A stretch of DNA of 64,000 bases from an uncultured Acidobacteriota bacterium (GTDB taxonomy: Bacteria > Acidobacteriota > UBA6911): assembly GCA_963827655.1 (NCBI GenBank), contig CAWHCF010000002.1, positions 1 through 64,000 of the forward strand. Direction: 5' to 3'. Below, one piece after another: positions 9,937 through 19,777 of the stretch. The notes beneath the pieces are model-generated. The model was not told the origin of the DNA and did not search any database. It saw only the letters and a list, made by a program, of their open reading frames with translations. The position numbers and the translations under genes were made by a program. The stretch's first letter is position 1; every line of letters starts with the position of its first letter.

Positions 9937-10302
9937 TCACAGCCTGTAGGGAAATCGGATACCGGGATGGTCTGCGGGAAAATCCTTCGTGTTGCGGGTT
10001 ACGAAAAGACAACCCTCCTCCTCGGCGCTCGCCCATATGATGGCATCCGGAATTTTCAACCTGTACCGACGTCGCAAGGCAACCGCCCTCTCGGCGACTC
10101 GGCCGTCCAACTCTCGAATGCTGAATTTCTTCAGATAATCCCGGAAAGCGCCCTCGCCTGTCTCAGAGTCTGCGCCCACGAGAATCTCGATCCAGGTAAT
10201 TCGGCTGATGAGGCACTCTTCGTAGCGTTCCAGTTCAGCAAAAGCTGACGGAATTGCCTTGAGCGCATCAATGACAACGTTCGAATCAAAGAGGGCTTTC
10301 AT
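9937..10302 (-). CDS. vapC: VapC PIN-domain toxin
   Basis: Motifs FDSNVVID, ITWIEIL, KIPDAIIWASA and TRNTKDF. Confidence 0.9.
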   Translation of the reverse strand: MKALFDSNVVIDALKAIPSAFAELERYEECLISRITWIEILVGADSETGEGAFRDYLKKFSIRELDGRVAERAVALRRRYRLKIPDAIIWASAEEEGCLFVTRNTKDFPADHPGIRFPYRL

Positions 10303-10357
10303 GCGCCCGCGTGCGTTCTAGGGGAGCATAGACGCCTCCCTACGACGATTCGATCAG

Positions 10358-10591
10358 TCATTTCCTCTCCCATTCTTTACGAATACGTCGAACATACTGC
10401 ACCGAATCAACTTTACTCTTGCTTCCCTGCCACAAACCCACCGCGGGATGATTCCGCCAGCTCGACTTCGTTTTTGGCAGCAAGTGCGCCACCGCCTGGC
10501 GAACAGCCTCGGCCCGCGAAATCTTCTTGCGCCGGCAGAACTCATCGAGCGCTCTGATTTGCTCTTCGGGTAAATCTATTATCGTGCGCAT
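10358..10591 (-). CDS. vapB: CopG/RHH antitoxin
   Basis: MRTIIDLPEEQ…ISRAEAVRQAV…GLW; lies directly upstream of vapC. Confidence 0.85.
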   Translation of the reverse strand: MRTIIDLPEEQIRALDEFCRRKKISRAEAVRQAVAHLLPKTKSSWRNHPAVGLWQGSKSKVDSVQYVRRIRKEWERK

Positions 10592-10597
10592 TTCGAT

Positions 10598-10625
10598 ATC
10601 ATATAACGTTATCAGATGCAGGCAA
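10598..10625 (-). promoter_or_regulatory. Leaderless sigma70 promoter with palindromic operator for vapBC
   Basis: TTGCCT-N16-TATGAT ends 6 nt before the ATG. The palindrome ATAACGTTAT (10603-10612) overlaps the spacer. Confidence 0.55.
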
Positions 10626-10748
10626 AGGGGCACTTGTCGTTGATCTGAGTAGGGTAAAAAGACCCGACTGGGCGAATCAACTTGTCATTCATCGACATTT
10701 CCACTGTTTTTCGATCAGCAGACATACCCGAGATCGGGCTCCGCCGTG

Positions 10749-12484
10749 TCAGAAGATCTCCCTGAATACGTCTCCGTTGGAAAGCATGCTCCTATAGCCG
10801 CGGTAGTTCCACGCAGGTAGCAGCACCAATCGCTTGGGAAACTCCTTCATGATCAAGCCGGTGGTTTTCTTCCGGACCAGCTTGCTCTGGTTCAGTGTCG
10901 GATCCAATTCCCGCAGGATCCCGGCAATCGTGAGCTGAGACTTGATGAAGAGGGAAAACTGGGGCTCCAGTACATAACCCGCTTTGAACAACTCTTCCAG
11001 CAGCGCGCCATAAGCCTCGAATATCCCGCCCTTGACTTCCATGGCGCGCCCACCATCTCTTCGATCCTGGCCAGCTTCTGCGGGATCTTTGGGCAGGCCT
11101 CCCTTGATCAAGGAACCGACATTCCGGACCATCCGTTTCTTGCTCTTCTGGGTGTAGGCCAGACTGAGCTGTACCATCTCCATCCGCTGCTCACGAGGAA
11201 ACTCGCCCATCAATCCCCAGTCGAGCAAGCCCAGCTTGTAGGGGTCCTCAGGGTCGTCCTTGATGCGCACGATGTTCCCCGCGTGGGGGTCGCCATGGAA
11301 GATCGAGGTGTGCTGCCTGGAAAAGAGCGCCTCGAAGGTCATGACCGTAGCCAGCCGGTCGGCAAGAATCCGGCGGCTTTTCTGGTCCCCCGGGAAGGAC
11401 TCGGTGAGCTTCTGGATGTTGAGAAACTCCATGAAGGTCACGTGCTCGGTAGAAAAGTCAAAGATTTGCGGGACCTTTACCCCCTTATGATGCTTGTAGA
11501 ACTCGTAGGCCTTGCGGAAGTGCGCTTGCTCCTCGCTGACCTTGATCTCGTTTTCCAGCTGGACTCGGACGTCGGCGAAGAAGTCCTTCAGGTTGAATCC
11601 CTCGATGGCGTAAAAGTCCGCAAACTCTGTCACCAGAGTGATGAGACGATCGATGCTGCGCATCTCTTCGGGGAGGCCGCTCAGCACGTAGGGTTTAATC
11701 ACTTTGCAGACGAGGTTCTGCCGCTTCGACATCTCGCCGGACGGTTGGAACGAGCCGAAGATCACTGCGCCGACACTCGCTTCGGCAAGTATCCTGTCAT
11801 CAAACCTCAGTTTCGTATTTTCTGACCCGTTCCGCACCGACCTCCTTCTCGACGTAGGCGACGAGTTCGTCCCGATTCATGGTCCGGATGCCATTCTCGA
11901 GGCTCTGTAGTGACTGCTGGATATCTGGTGGAATACCCTCAAAACGAGCGATAATCTGGCCGATTTTCTGCAAGGTCGGAATTCTGGAAGCAAAGATCAG
12001 GATTTTCTCACCACGAGAAGCGTCCCTGGCATTCGCCATAGCCACTGCATGATCAATCATCCGTTCTTCGCTAAGCCCGTCCAGGAAAGCCAGGAGCGCA
12101 TCGTGAATGATCGGCCCGTATGTGTCGAAGGATTTCGCCGGCACAGTTTCGAGAACCTGGGAGCTGTGCACGAGGATTTCCAGCATTTCCGGCTTGTATT
12201 TCAAGAGTCCTGCGCCTCGAGCCAAGCGGATCACATCCTCCGGTTTCATCCGCGGAAGATCGCCAGGGTTGGCCCCGGCTTCCAGGAACTTCACGGATTT
12301 GCTTCCGGGTATCGGGGTCAGCGCCGGTCATGGCCTTGGTCATGAGCGCAAGCCGGGCGCTTTCGACATTGAAGGTCTTGTAGTGGTCCCTCGGAGTCGG
12401 CAGGACAAGCCCGGACTGGCCTCTGGCGGCTTGTGCCAGGGCGCAGAATAGACTGAGGCCAACAATAATGTTGCGAGTGGTCAT
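10749..12484 (-). CDS. AarF/ABC1/UbiB-family atypical kinase with N-terminal signal peptide; frameshifted near 12290 and 11820
   Basis: LQKIGQ, EASVG, VCKV, FHGDPHAGN and LLDWG are spread over three overlapping ORFs. Confidence 0.75.
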
Positions 12485-12559
12485 GAGCAGTTTTGGATTT
12501 CTGTCATTGATGTCGACTCGAGCGGCTTGATACGAAGCCAGCAGGCATCGCTCCGGACG

Positions 12560-13543
12560 CTAAATCCAGATTCCATCATTACCGCTTCGAACCAGCGCCT
12601 CGAGCACCTTCATGTTTGCGACAGCATCTTCGAGGGGCGTGGGCACCTCGGTATCGTTAAGGATGGCCTGCGAAAAGACGTCGCCCTGAACCGTATACTG
12701 GTTGCAACTCTCGAGAACGATCTCTTTGATTTCCATCCCGTATTGATGCCAGATCTTGCTAGGCCGGTCCGGCAGTACGTTGAAGGGAATTTCGATTTCC
12801 ACCCGACCCTCGATCCCGAGAATATTGACTCGTTGATAGCGAGCCAACTGAGTGGAACAGGTAAACGTAGAGGTGCCGCTGCCGAAATCCAGTATGGCAG
12901 AAGCAAGCCGATCCGTATTGAATTGCGGATCGTATTCCACGATTGCGAAGACCCTCTGAGGCTCAGTTCCAAAGATGAAGCGTGAAAGCGAGACGGGATA
13001 GCAGCCGATGTCCATCAACCCGCCACCGCCGATCTGAGCCTGGTTGCGTATGTTGCCGGGGTCGGCGTTGTAGTACGAGAAGAAGGTCTGAATGTTTCGT
13101 AATTCGCCGATTCTTCCTTCGGTAACCAATTGCCGGGCGCGCTGCCACTGGGGATGGAGGCGATACATGAACGCCTCCATCGCCTTGAGGCGCGGATGCC
13201 GTTTGGCCGCATCCATGACCGCCCGGGCTTCCTCCGAAGAAAGCCCGATCGGCTTTTCGCACAGCACGTGCTTGTTCGCCTCCAGCGCCTTGATGGACCA
13301 GGGGACATGCATGTGATTCGGCAGGGGAATGTAGACCGCATCAATCTCCGGATCGGCCAGCAGATCCTCGTAAGAGCCGTAAGCTTTCTCTATGCCCAGT
13401 TTCCCGGCTGCTGCCTGTGCCCGGTCATGCGTGCGAGACGCAATGGCGGTGACCTGGCAGTATTTGCCCAATTGCATCGCGGGAATTACTTTTTCGGTCG
13501 CAATCTTTGCCGTGCCTAAGACACCCCAATTAACTTTGCTCAT
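12560..13543 (-). CDS. Gfo/Idh/MocA oxidoreductase
   Basis: Motifs WGVLGTAKIA, HVLCEKP and GGGLMDIGCY. Confidence 0.92.
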   Translation of the reverse strand: MSKVNWGVLGTAKIATEKVIPAMQLGKYCQVTAIASRTHDRAQAAAGKLGIEKAYGSYEDLLADPEIDAVYIPLPNHMHVPWSIKALEANKHVLCEKPIGLSSEEARAVMDAAKRHPRLKAMEAFMYRLHPQWQRARQLVTEGRIGELRNIQTFFSYYNADPGNIRNQAQIGGGGLMDIGCYPVSLSRFIFGTEPQRVFAIVEYDPQFNTDRLASAILDFGSGTSTFTCSTQLARYQRVNILGIEGRVEIEIPFNVLPDRPSKIWHQYGMEIKEIVLESCNQYTVQGDVFSQAILNDTEVPTPLEDAVANMKVLEALVRSGNDGIWI

Positions 13544-13611
13544 TTGGACCGTTCCGGAAGAAATAACCACGAAGAACGCAAAGCCTAAGAAGCACATCGG
13601 AGGAACTCCCT

Positions 13612-14254
13612 CTACGGTTTCCCTGCAAATATGTAGGCGCGCCGGCTCGGGTACTCCACGTCCGGATACGGGTCTCTTTCGATTACTTCGTCTAGATTGA
13701 AGCCCGCCGTCTTGAGATACTCTTTCATTTCTTCGGTCTCGAAGAAAATGAAATCCAAGGATACTTCCTTGCCCCACCACTCGTCGCGATGAATGACTTC
13801 TTCTCCAATGTGGAACGTGAGCAAGAGTACGCCTTTGGGACACAATACCCGCTTTAGTTCCTGCAAAGCCACAACTACCGATGAGCGAGGAATGTGGATG
13901 ATAGAATAAAAGGCAGCGATCCCTCCATACGAGTTGTCTTTAACATCCGCCAGGGCCAGCATGTTTCCTTGTTGAAAAGGAATGTCCGGGTTCAGACGTT
14001 GGGCCTGTTTCACCATTTCTGGCGACAAATCGATGCCGCAAGCCTTCACTGCTCGACTATGCAAGTATCGAGCAATCTGTCCGGGTCCACATCCCATGTC
14101 GCAGATGACTCCCCAGTCTGTTGACCTTTTCGGCTAACCAATCGAGCATCTTTCGATCGAACGGCTTCTTATCCATTTCATCACGAAACTGTTCGGCATA
14201 CTCTTCCGCCACCCGGTCGTAACTGTTTTGTAGTCCTGATTGCGTTTGTTCCAT
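13612..14254 (-). CDS. Class I SAM-dependent methyltransferase; frameshift near 14112
   Basis: SYDRVAEEY, DMGCGPG, GIDLSPEM and FYSIIH motifs. There is one extra G in a G-run. Confidence 0.85.
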
Positions 14255-14314
14255 CGTGGTGTTTGTCACCATTTTAATACCAGGACGCAAAGATCACGAA
14301 AGCTCTGCGGCAAC

Positions 14315-16015
14315 CTAATTCGAGCGTGAGACCAGATCGCCGAAGGGCGCCAGCAGTTCATACTTGTTCAGCCACGTGGTGTAAATGATACCGGACGCGC
14401 CCGGAGTCGCGGCGAGCGCCTCCAGCCATGCTCGCGGATTGTCGAGATTATCCGCATCGTAGTACGCGCCCGCCATCGTCCGGAAACCAAGCCCGGAAAA
14501 GTGCCTCAGACTGGCTTCGCGTTTCCCGTAGTACCAGCAGACAATAACCAGTTCCTTCGGGACATAGTTCCACGACCCGGCGTAGCTTCCCTCGGCCAAA
14601 TAGTAGTGTTTTCTTTCGGGATTGGCGTTGTGGTTAGGATCCAGCATGTCGGACCAGATAAAGATTTCCGCCTCCCGGTTGACCTCCCGCAGGAGCTGAA
14701 ACTGCCGGGTCACCGAGTCGCCCAGGATCTGACCCATGGTCAGACCGCGCTGCTTGCATGCCACGCACGAGCCGCCGGTCCGAACTTCATCCATGTTCAA
14801 TAGGTACTTGTTGGGCGAGAGCGCCTGATGGACCAGTCGCGCCTGGGTGCGCCAGATGTCGTACAGTTTGGGTTCCGACATGCACACTGGAGTTTGCCCG
14901 TTGTAAATGGTCGTGCCGTGAAAATAGCTGACGCGCAGGCGCGCGCCGTCTTCGATCCGGCTTCCCGGCAGGATCTGAATATCAGGCCCGTCATGGTCCC
15001 AGCGAAAATTAAGTTCCGGGTCCGTTATCGGAGCATAATCCCGCCCTTCTTCGTAGACGGTCTCCTTTGCTTCGCTCCGCACCGTTACTGGAGTTCCAGG
15101 ACGCCTGAGGAGGTTGACCAGCGCGATCTCCTCGACTTTCAGGTCGTCCAGCCAGAACCTCCCATCTGCCGAGCCTCGTACCTTGGGAGCAATTTCCACC
15201 TTGTCGTAACCCAAGCTGTTGAACGCCACTGCGACCTTCTGCCACTCACCGGTCGAGGACGCTCTGGGGTTCTGATACTGAAGCGGGCGCTTCTCCTCGC
15301 CTCCGAGCACTTCCAGGAGAAAGTTACCTGAACCGAAGGGGTTCGCAGACCCCATATTCTCCGAGCGGATCCAGCAGCTGAAACGGTAGCAGCGATATGG
15401 ACGGACCGATATGACCTGGCCCAACCGCGCCCATTCTCGCGGATGTTTACTGAAATTCTGGAACCGGGTGGAGGACTTTCCCTCTTTGAACACCACGGTG
15501 TCGGCGGCGACCATGTCGGAGAGCCCCGCCGGCTGGATGAATTGTTCCGGACGATCGTCCTTGTGACTCTCGAAGTTTCCGTTGGCGATCTCGATCGGCG
15601 GATCGGGAGAGAGCTTTCCCTTGCCTCCTGACACGATGAACAATGCATCCCGGACGGGAAGACCGGCGGCCAGGTTCTTGTCGTGAGCCAGGACAGAGCC
15701 GCCATACCCTACCGACATGAACGACGGAATTACCTCCAACTTATGGTTGGCGCACAGGTCGCGCACTCGTCGGAGCCGCTCGAAATACTCGGGGGGCTTC
15801 AAATCCAGCTGGTCCAGTCCGGCCGAGAGCGCAACGCCCGTCAGACCATGCTTGGAAGCGGTCTCGACGATTTTTCGGATTCGCTCGACCTCGCCGTCAT
15901 CGCGCAAATTACTGCTGATACGCACCCACCGGTTCGGATAGCTCTTTTCGTGGCTTTGACTCGAAAGGCTCAGGAGAGGGGCTGTCAGCAGCAGGAACAG
16001 GACCGGACGTTGCAT
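14315..16015 (-). CDS. Secreted glycoside-hydrolase-like TIM barrel with inserted CBM4/9-like domain
   Basis: Signal peptide; IANGNFE carbohydrate-binding-module start; GH20-like MDEVR, IWSDML and CWYY motifs. Confidence 0.55.
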   Translation of the reverse strand: MQRPVLFLLLTAPLLSLSSQSHEKSYPNRWVRISSNLRDDGEVERIRKIVETASKHGLTGVALSAGLDQLDLKPPEYFERLRRVRDLCANHKLEVIPSFMSVGYGGSVLAHDKNLAAGLPVRDALFIVSGGKGKLSPDPPIEIANGNFESHKDDRPEQFIQPAGLSDMVAADTVVFKEGKSSTRFQNFSKHPREWARLGQVISVRPYRCYRFSCWIRSENMGSANPFGSGNFLLEVLGGEEKRPLQYQNPRASSTGEWQKVAVAFNSLGYDKVEIAPKVRGSADGRFWLDDLKVEEIALVNLLRRPGTPVTVRSEAKETVYEEGRDYAPITDPELNFRWDHDGPDIQILPGSRIEDGARLRVSYFHGTTIYNGQTPVCMSEPKLYDIWRTQARLVHQALSPNKYLLNMDEVRTGGSCVACKQRGLTMGQILGDSVTRQFQLLREVNREAEIFIWSDMLDPNHNANPERKHYYLAEGSYAGSWNYVPKELVIVCWYYGKREASLRHFSGLGFRTMAGAYYDADNLDNPRAWLEALAATPGASGIIYTTWLNKYELLAPFGDLVSRSN

Positions 16016-16143
16016 GGCTGCGCTCCTTTTCTTGACAAGGTCTCGCGTTTCTTTGATTCGTTATTGCGGGCGTACTAACCTCGAAGACTCCAAGACAGTT
16101 AGCAACGCGAAAAATTGTCTTGTAGATTATAAGCCATACCAGT

Positions 16144-16710
16144 ATGCAAACACTGATCCTGATCAAACACTCGCTTCCGGAGATTACCGGTAACCTCCCG
16201 CCGTGCGAGTGGCATCTCTCGGATGCCGGGCGGCTTCGCTGCAAGGCGCTCGCCGAACGGCTCGCGCCCCATCGTCCCACCCGGCTGGTCGCGAGCCGCG
16301 AGCCGAAGGCCTATGAAACCGCCGAGGAGCTTGCAGCCCACCTGGTTCTGCCGCTCGCGGCGGAAGACGACCTCCACGAGCACGTCCATCGCCAGGCGGG
16401 GCTGCTCCGGGCGGAGGAGTTCGAAGCGGCCGTCGCGCGCTTTTTCGCGCAGCCCGCGGATCTGGTGTTCGGAAGCGAGACAGCCGACCAGGCACACCGG
16501 CGCTTCGAGCAAGCTCTCTCACTCATCCTCGAGAAGTATCATGATGAAAGCACCGCCGTTGTGACGCACGGCAGGGTGCTGACGTTGTTCGTGACCCGGG
16601 CTCTCGGGCTCGATCCTTTCCCTTTCTGGAAGTGTCTCGGTCTACCTTCGTTCGCGGTAACGGCATGGCCAGACCGGCGTCTGCTTTCGCTGGTCGATCG
16701 CGTGGAATGA
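16144..16710 (+). CDS. Histidine phosphatase (phosphoglycerate mutase) family
   Basis: Motifs LIKHS, KAYETA, GSET and VVTHG. Confidence 0.85.
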   Translation: MQTLILIKHSLPEITGNLPPCEWHLSDAGRLRCKALAERLAPHRPTRLVASREPKAYETAEELAAHLVLPLAAEDDLHEHVHRQAGLLRAEEFEAAVARFFAQPADLVFGSETADQAHRRFEQALSLILEKYHDESTAVVTHGRVLTLFVTRALGLDPFPFWKCLGLPSFAVTAWPDRRLLSLVDRVE

Positions 16711-16714
16711 GGCC

Positions 16715-16756
16715 ACAAATACCACCAAGACGCGAAGACACGAAGAAACACTAAAG
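16715..16756 (+). repeat. Representative copy of the dispersed 9-nt-period repeat family
   Basis: ACAAATACCACCAAGACGCGAAGACACGAAGAAACACTAA. Near-identical copies lie at about 18321, 31054 and 49007. Confidence 0.9.
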
Positions 16757-16909
16757 CCACCTGGGGCTTGCATCGCTGATCCCGATGGACTTTCCCGCCC
16801 AAAGCAAATATCTTGAGACGGTCTCACCCCCACGGGAAGTTTTAGAGAGCTGCCAGTTGCGCAGCCAAGGGGTCCGTTTTTCTCTGATCCGTTGCCGAGG
16901 AGTCTCGTC

Positions 16910-18313
16910 ATGAGTCCGAGAATCTACCTGTGTTTGATAGTCATAGGCCTTTCATGGGCGGTTCCGCTTTCAGCCCAATCTACGGGAAGCCAGGTGGGCT
17001 TGGAGAATCTCAGCGCTTCATTCCAGGCTCTCGCCGAGAGGGTCACCCCTGCCATGGTGCAGATCGTGGCCATGGGTTACGACGCCAGTCAGGAAGGAGT
17101 GGGAACCGTGGCTCCGCGCCGCGCCGGCGGATCGGGAGTGATTCTTAATGCCGACGGTTACATCGTAACCAATGCCCATGTAGTGGCCGGCGCCCTGAAC
17201 GTGCAGGTGAGACTTGCGCTGCCTCCGGATCAGAAGGAGGAGTGGCGTTCGATACTGAAACCGCGCGGCAGCCTCGTTCCCGCTAAAATCGTGGGCATCG
17301 ACCGTGAAACGGATCTGGCCGTACTCAAGGTGGACTATCGAGGCCTTCCAACGCTCGAACTGGGCGACTCGGAAAGCCTGCGCCAGGGCCAGCTCGTCCT
17401 GGCCTTCGGCAGTCCTCTCGGGCTGGAGAATTCGGTCAGCATGGGGATTGTGAGCTCGGTGGCGCGGCAGCTGAGGCCCGAGGATCCGATGATCTACATC
17501 CAGACGGATGCGCCCATCAATCCCGGAAGCAGCGGTGGACCTCTGGTCGATACCCGCGGCCGGGTCATCGGAATAAATACCTTCATTCTGTCTCAATCCG
17601 GCGGCAATGAAGGGCTTGGCTTTGCGGCGCCCAGCAATATTGTGCGCAATGTCTTTGATCAGATCAGGAAGGAAGGCCGGGTACGGCGCGGCTACTTAGG
17701 CATCGAGGCGCAGACGATCACTCCGGCGATGGCCGCGGGCCTTCGGTTGCCTGCCGGCGCGCTCGTCGTTCTCAACGACGTGCTGGCCGGCGCACCCGCC
17801 GACCGCGGCGGCCTGAAGATCGGAGACGTCATTCTGCGAATGAACGGAAAGAACATGGAGAACGCTCGCCAGTTTCGGGTCAACGTTTACCAGCGCGCCA
17901 TCGGCGAATCGATCACGCTTGAGACGCTTCGCGGTTCCGAGAAATTCACGCGGGAGGTCGTCGTGGGGGAGCGCCCGGACGATCCCGAGCGGTTTCTGCA
18001 GATGGTGAAGCCCGATGCTAATCTGGTCGCAAAGCTCGGGATTCTAGGGCTGGACCTGGATCCCAAAATACTGGCCACCCTGCCTCCGATGCGAAAGCCC
18101 GCGGGTGTGATCATAGCGGGAAGGGTTGCGGGCTCTTCCCAGCCGGAAGAAGGGCTTTTGCCGGGCGACCTGATCATCTCGTTGAACGGCGAGCCGGTGA
18201 CGAACCTCGCCGGCTTGAGGGAGTCCGTGGCAAGACTCAAATCGGGCGATGCTGTCGTTTTTCAAGTTCAGAGGCTCGAGCGCTTGACGTTTGTCGCCTT
18301 CAATCTCGAATAG
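16910..18313 (+). CDS. HtrA/DegP-like serine protease with two PDZ domains
   Basis: TNAHVV, DLAVL, QTDAPINPGSSGGPL motifs and a signal peptide. Confidence 0.93.
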   Translation: MSPRIYLCLIVIGLSWAVPLSAQSTGSQVGLENLSASFQALAERVTPAMVQIVAMGYDASQEGVGTVAPRRAGGSGVILNADGYIVTNAHVVAGALNVQVRLALPPDQKEEWRSILKPRGSLVPAKIVGIDRETDLAVLKVDYRGLPTLELGDSESLRQGQLVLAFGSPLGLENSVSMGIVSSVARQLRPEDPMIYIQTDAPINPGSSGGPLVDTRGRVIGINTFILSQSGGNEGLGFAAPSNIVRNVFDQIRKEGRVRRGYLGIEAQTITPAMAAGLRLPAGALVVLNDVLAGAPADRGGLKIGDVILRMNGKNMENARQFRVNVYQRAIGESITLETLRGSEKFTREVVVGERPDDPERFLQMVKPDANLVAKLGILGLDLDPKILATLPPMRKPAGVIIAGRVAGSSQPEEGLLPGDLIISLNGEPVTNLAGLRESVARLKSGDAVVFQVQRLERLTFVAFNLE

Positions 18314-18409
18314 CTCCGAAACAAATACCACCAGGACGCAAAGACACGAAGAAACCCAAGAATCCAGAAATTGGATTTTCAAGGCCTGACACTCTACAAT
18401 ATCTCGGCG

Positions 18410-18499
18410 GGAGGAATGGCCGAGCGGTTGAAGGCGGCGGTCTTGAAAACCGTTAGGGGGGTAACTCCCTCGTGGGTTCGAATCCTACTTCCTCCGCCA
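18410..18499 (+). tRNA. tRNA-Ser(TGA)
   Basis: GGAGGAA/TTCCTCC acceptor stem, anticodon loop CT-TGA-AA, long variable arm, TTCGAAT, encoded CCA. TACAAT -10 at 18395. Confidence 0.97.
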
Positions 18500-18671
18500 C
18501 AACATCTACTATCAATAACTTGCAGAGCAGAGCCCAAGGTGAAGAAGGACGCAGTCGTCCGTCCCTCCCGTGCAGACCGAGGTCTGCGACGCACTCAGGC
18601 GTACCGCGCCGAACGGCATCGGCGGTCGGGTCCGGAGCCGCTTCCTTGCAGCGCGGCGCGCGAATCCAATG

Positions 18672-18701
18672 GGACCGACGGGCGAGTCCGCCCGTCGGTC
18701 C
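18672..18701. terminator. Perfect 13-bp GC hairpin between the convergent tRNA and CDS
   Basis: GGACCGACGGGCG-agtc-CGCCCGTCGGTCC; no strong U-tract. Confidence 0.55.
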
Positions 18702-18704
18702 GTC

Positions 18705-19172
18705 CTACTCGCGGTCGTAGAGCGTTACGTTTTTGAACTTCCGTCCCTGCGCATCGGTGCCTTCGCTCGTGAAGGTCCGGGTCTTGCCGTCTTTTGATAC
18801 AACGCTTCGGGTCTTACCGACTTCCTTCCCGCCCTTCTTGGTAATCCCGTCGACGGTGTTTGGGTTTACACGCTTGAGTAAAATTGTGTCAGCGTTTGGC
18901 AGCCCCGTGATTGGATGGTCCTTGCCGTCGTACTTGGCCTGGAACTCGACGTGGGTGGTCTGGCCATCGGCATTGACGCCGTCGGCCGTAACCTTCACAC
19001 CGTCGTCTCCCCAGGCTTCGATCTTAACCGTGCCGCTCTTGGGCGCAGGTCCGGGACTGTACTTGGACTTCGCGACGTTCATCTTCCAGGTGCCGACCTG
19101 TGGGTTCTCCGCAGCGTAGGTCCAAACACCAGCGAGGATTAGCGCCAGTAATGCGGTGACAGGTCTTCGCAT
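18705..19172 (-). CDS. Secreted hypothetical protein (lipocalin-like beta-barrel)
   Basis: Signal peptide; GTWKMNVAKSKY and VSKDGKT motifs; GGAGG RBS. Confidence 0.8.
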   Translation of the reverse strand: MRRPVTALLALILAGVWTYAAENPQVGTWKMNVAKSKYSPGPAPKSGTVKIEAWGDDGVKVTADGVNADGQTTHVEFQAKYDGKDHPITGLPNADTILLKRVNPNTVDGITKKGGKEVGKTRSVVSKDGKTRTFTSEGTDAQGRKFKNVTLYDRE

Positions 19173-19299
19173 CGCTCCTCCTTAGGTTGGTCCGTCAGTT
19201 TGTCGGGGGCCTTGGATTATATCACTTGCCGCAGGGAAGGCAAAATCCGGGTCGTGGGGGTCGGGTTCGCGTGAGTTGGGACGGGGAGAATTAGCGACA

Positions 19300-19715
19300 G
19301 ACAAAAGCAGGGAAAGGAAATCAAGAAGTTCGAGTCGCGGGGCGAAAGCCACCACGAAAACTTCATCCGCGCCATGCGCAGCCGCAAACCCTCCGACCTG
19401 ACCGCCGAGATCCTGGAAGGGCATCTTTCAAGCGCTCTGTGCCACACCGGCAATATCTCCTACCGGCTGGGCAAGGAATGCAATCCGGAAGAGATGCGCG
19501 AAGCGCTTAAAGCCAACAAGGCGGCGTGCGAGACGCTGGATCGATTCCAGGAACACCTGATCGCGAACGGCGTCGACCTCAAAGTCAAGAAGGCCACGAT
19601 GGGCGCATTTTTGACCATGGATCCCAAGACCGAACGATTCACCGGCAACGACAAAGCCAACCAGCTCCTCACTCGCGACTACCGCAAGCCTTTCGTCGTC
19701 CCGGAGAAGGTTTAA
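19300..19715 (+). pseudogene. Orphan C-terminal fragment of a Gfo/Idh/MocA oxidoreductase
   Basis: HHENFIRAMRSRK…GHLSSALCHTGNISYRLG…LLTRDYRKPF. The N-terminal Rossmann domain is absent. Confidence 0.75.
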
Positions 19716-19729
19716 CGCTTTCCGGTTTC

Positions 19730-19771
19730 GCGTCTTCGCGGTGAATAAACGCAACACCACCGCGAAGACGC
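19730..19771. repeat. Inverted pair of the 9-nt-period repeat forming a 14-bp hairpin
   Basis: GCGTCTTCGCGGTG…CACCGCGAAGACGC between convergent stop codons. Confidence 0.8.
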
Positions 19772-19777
19772 AAGCAA

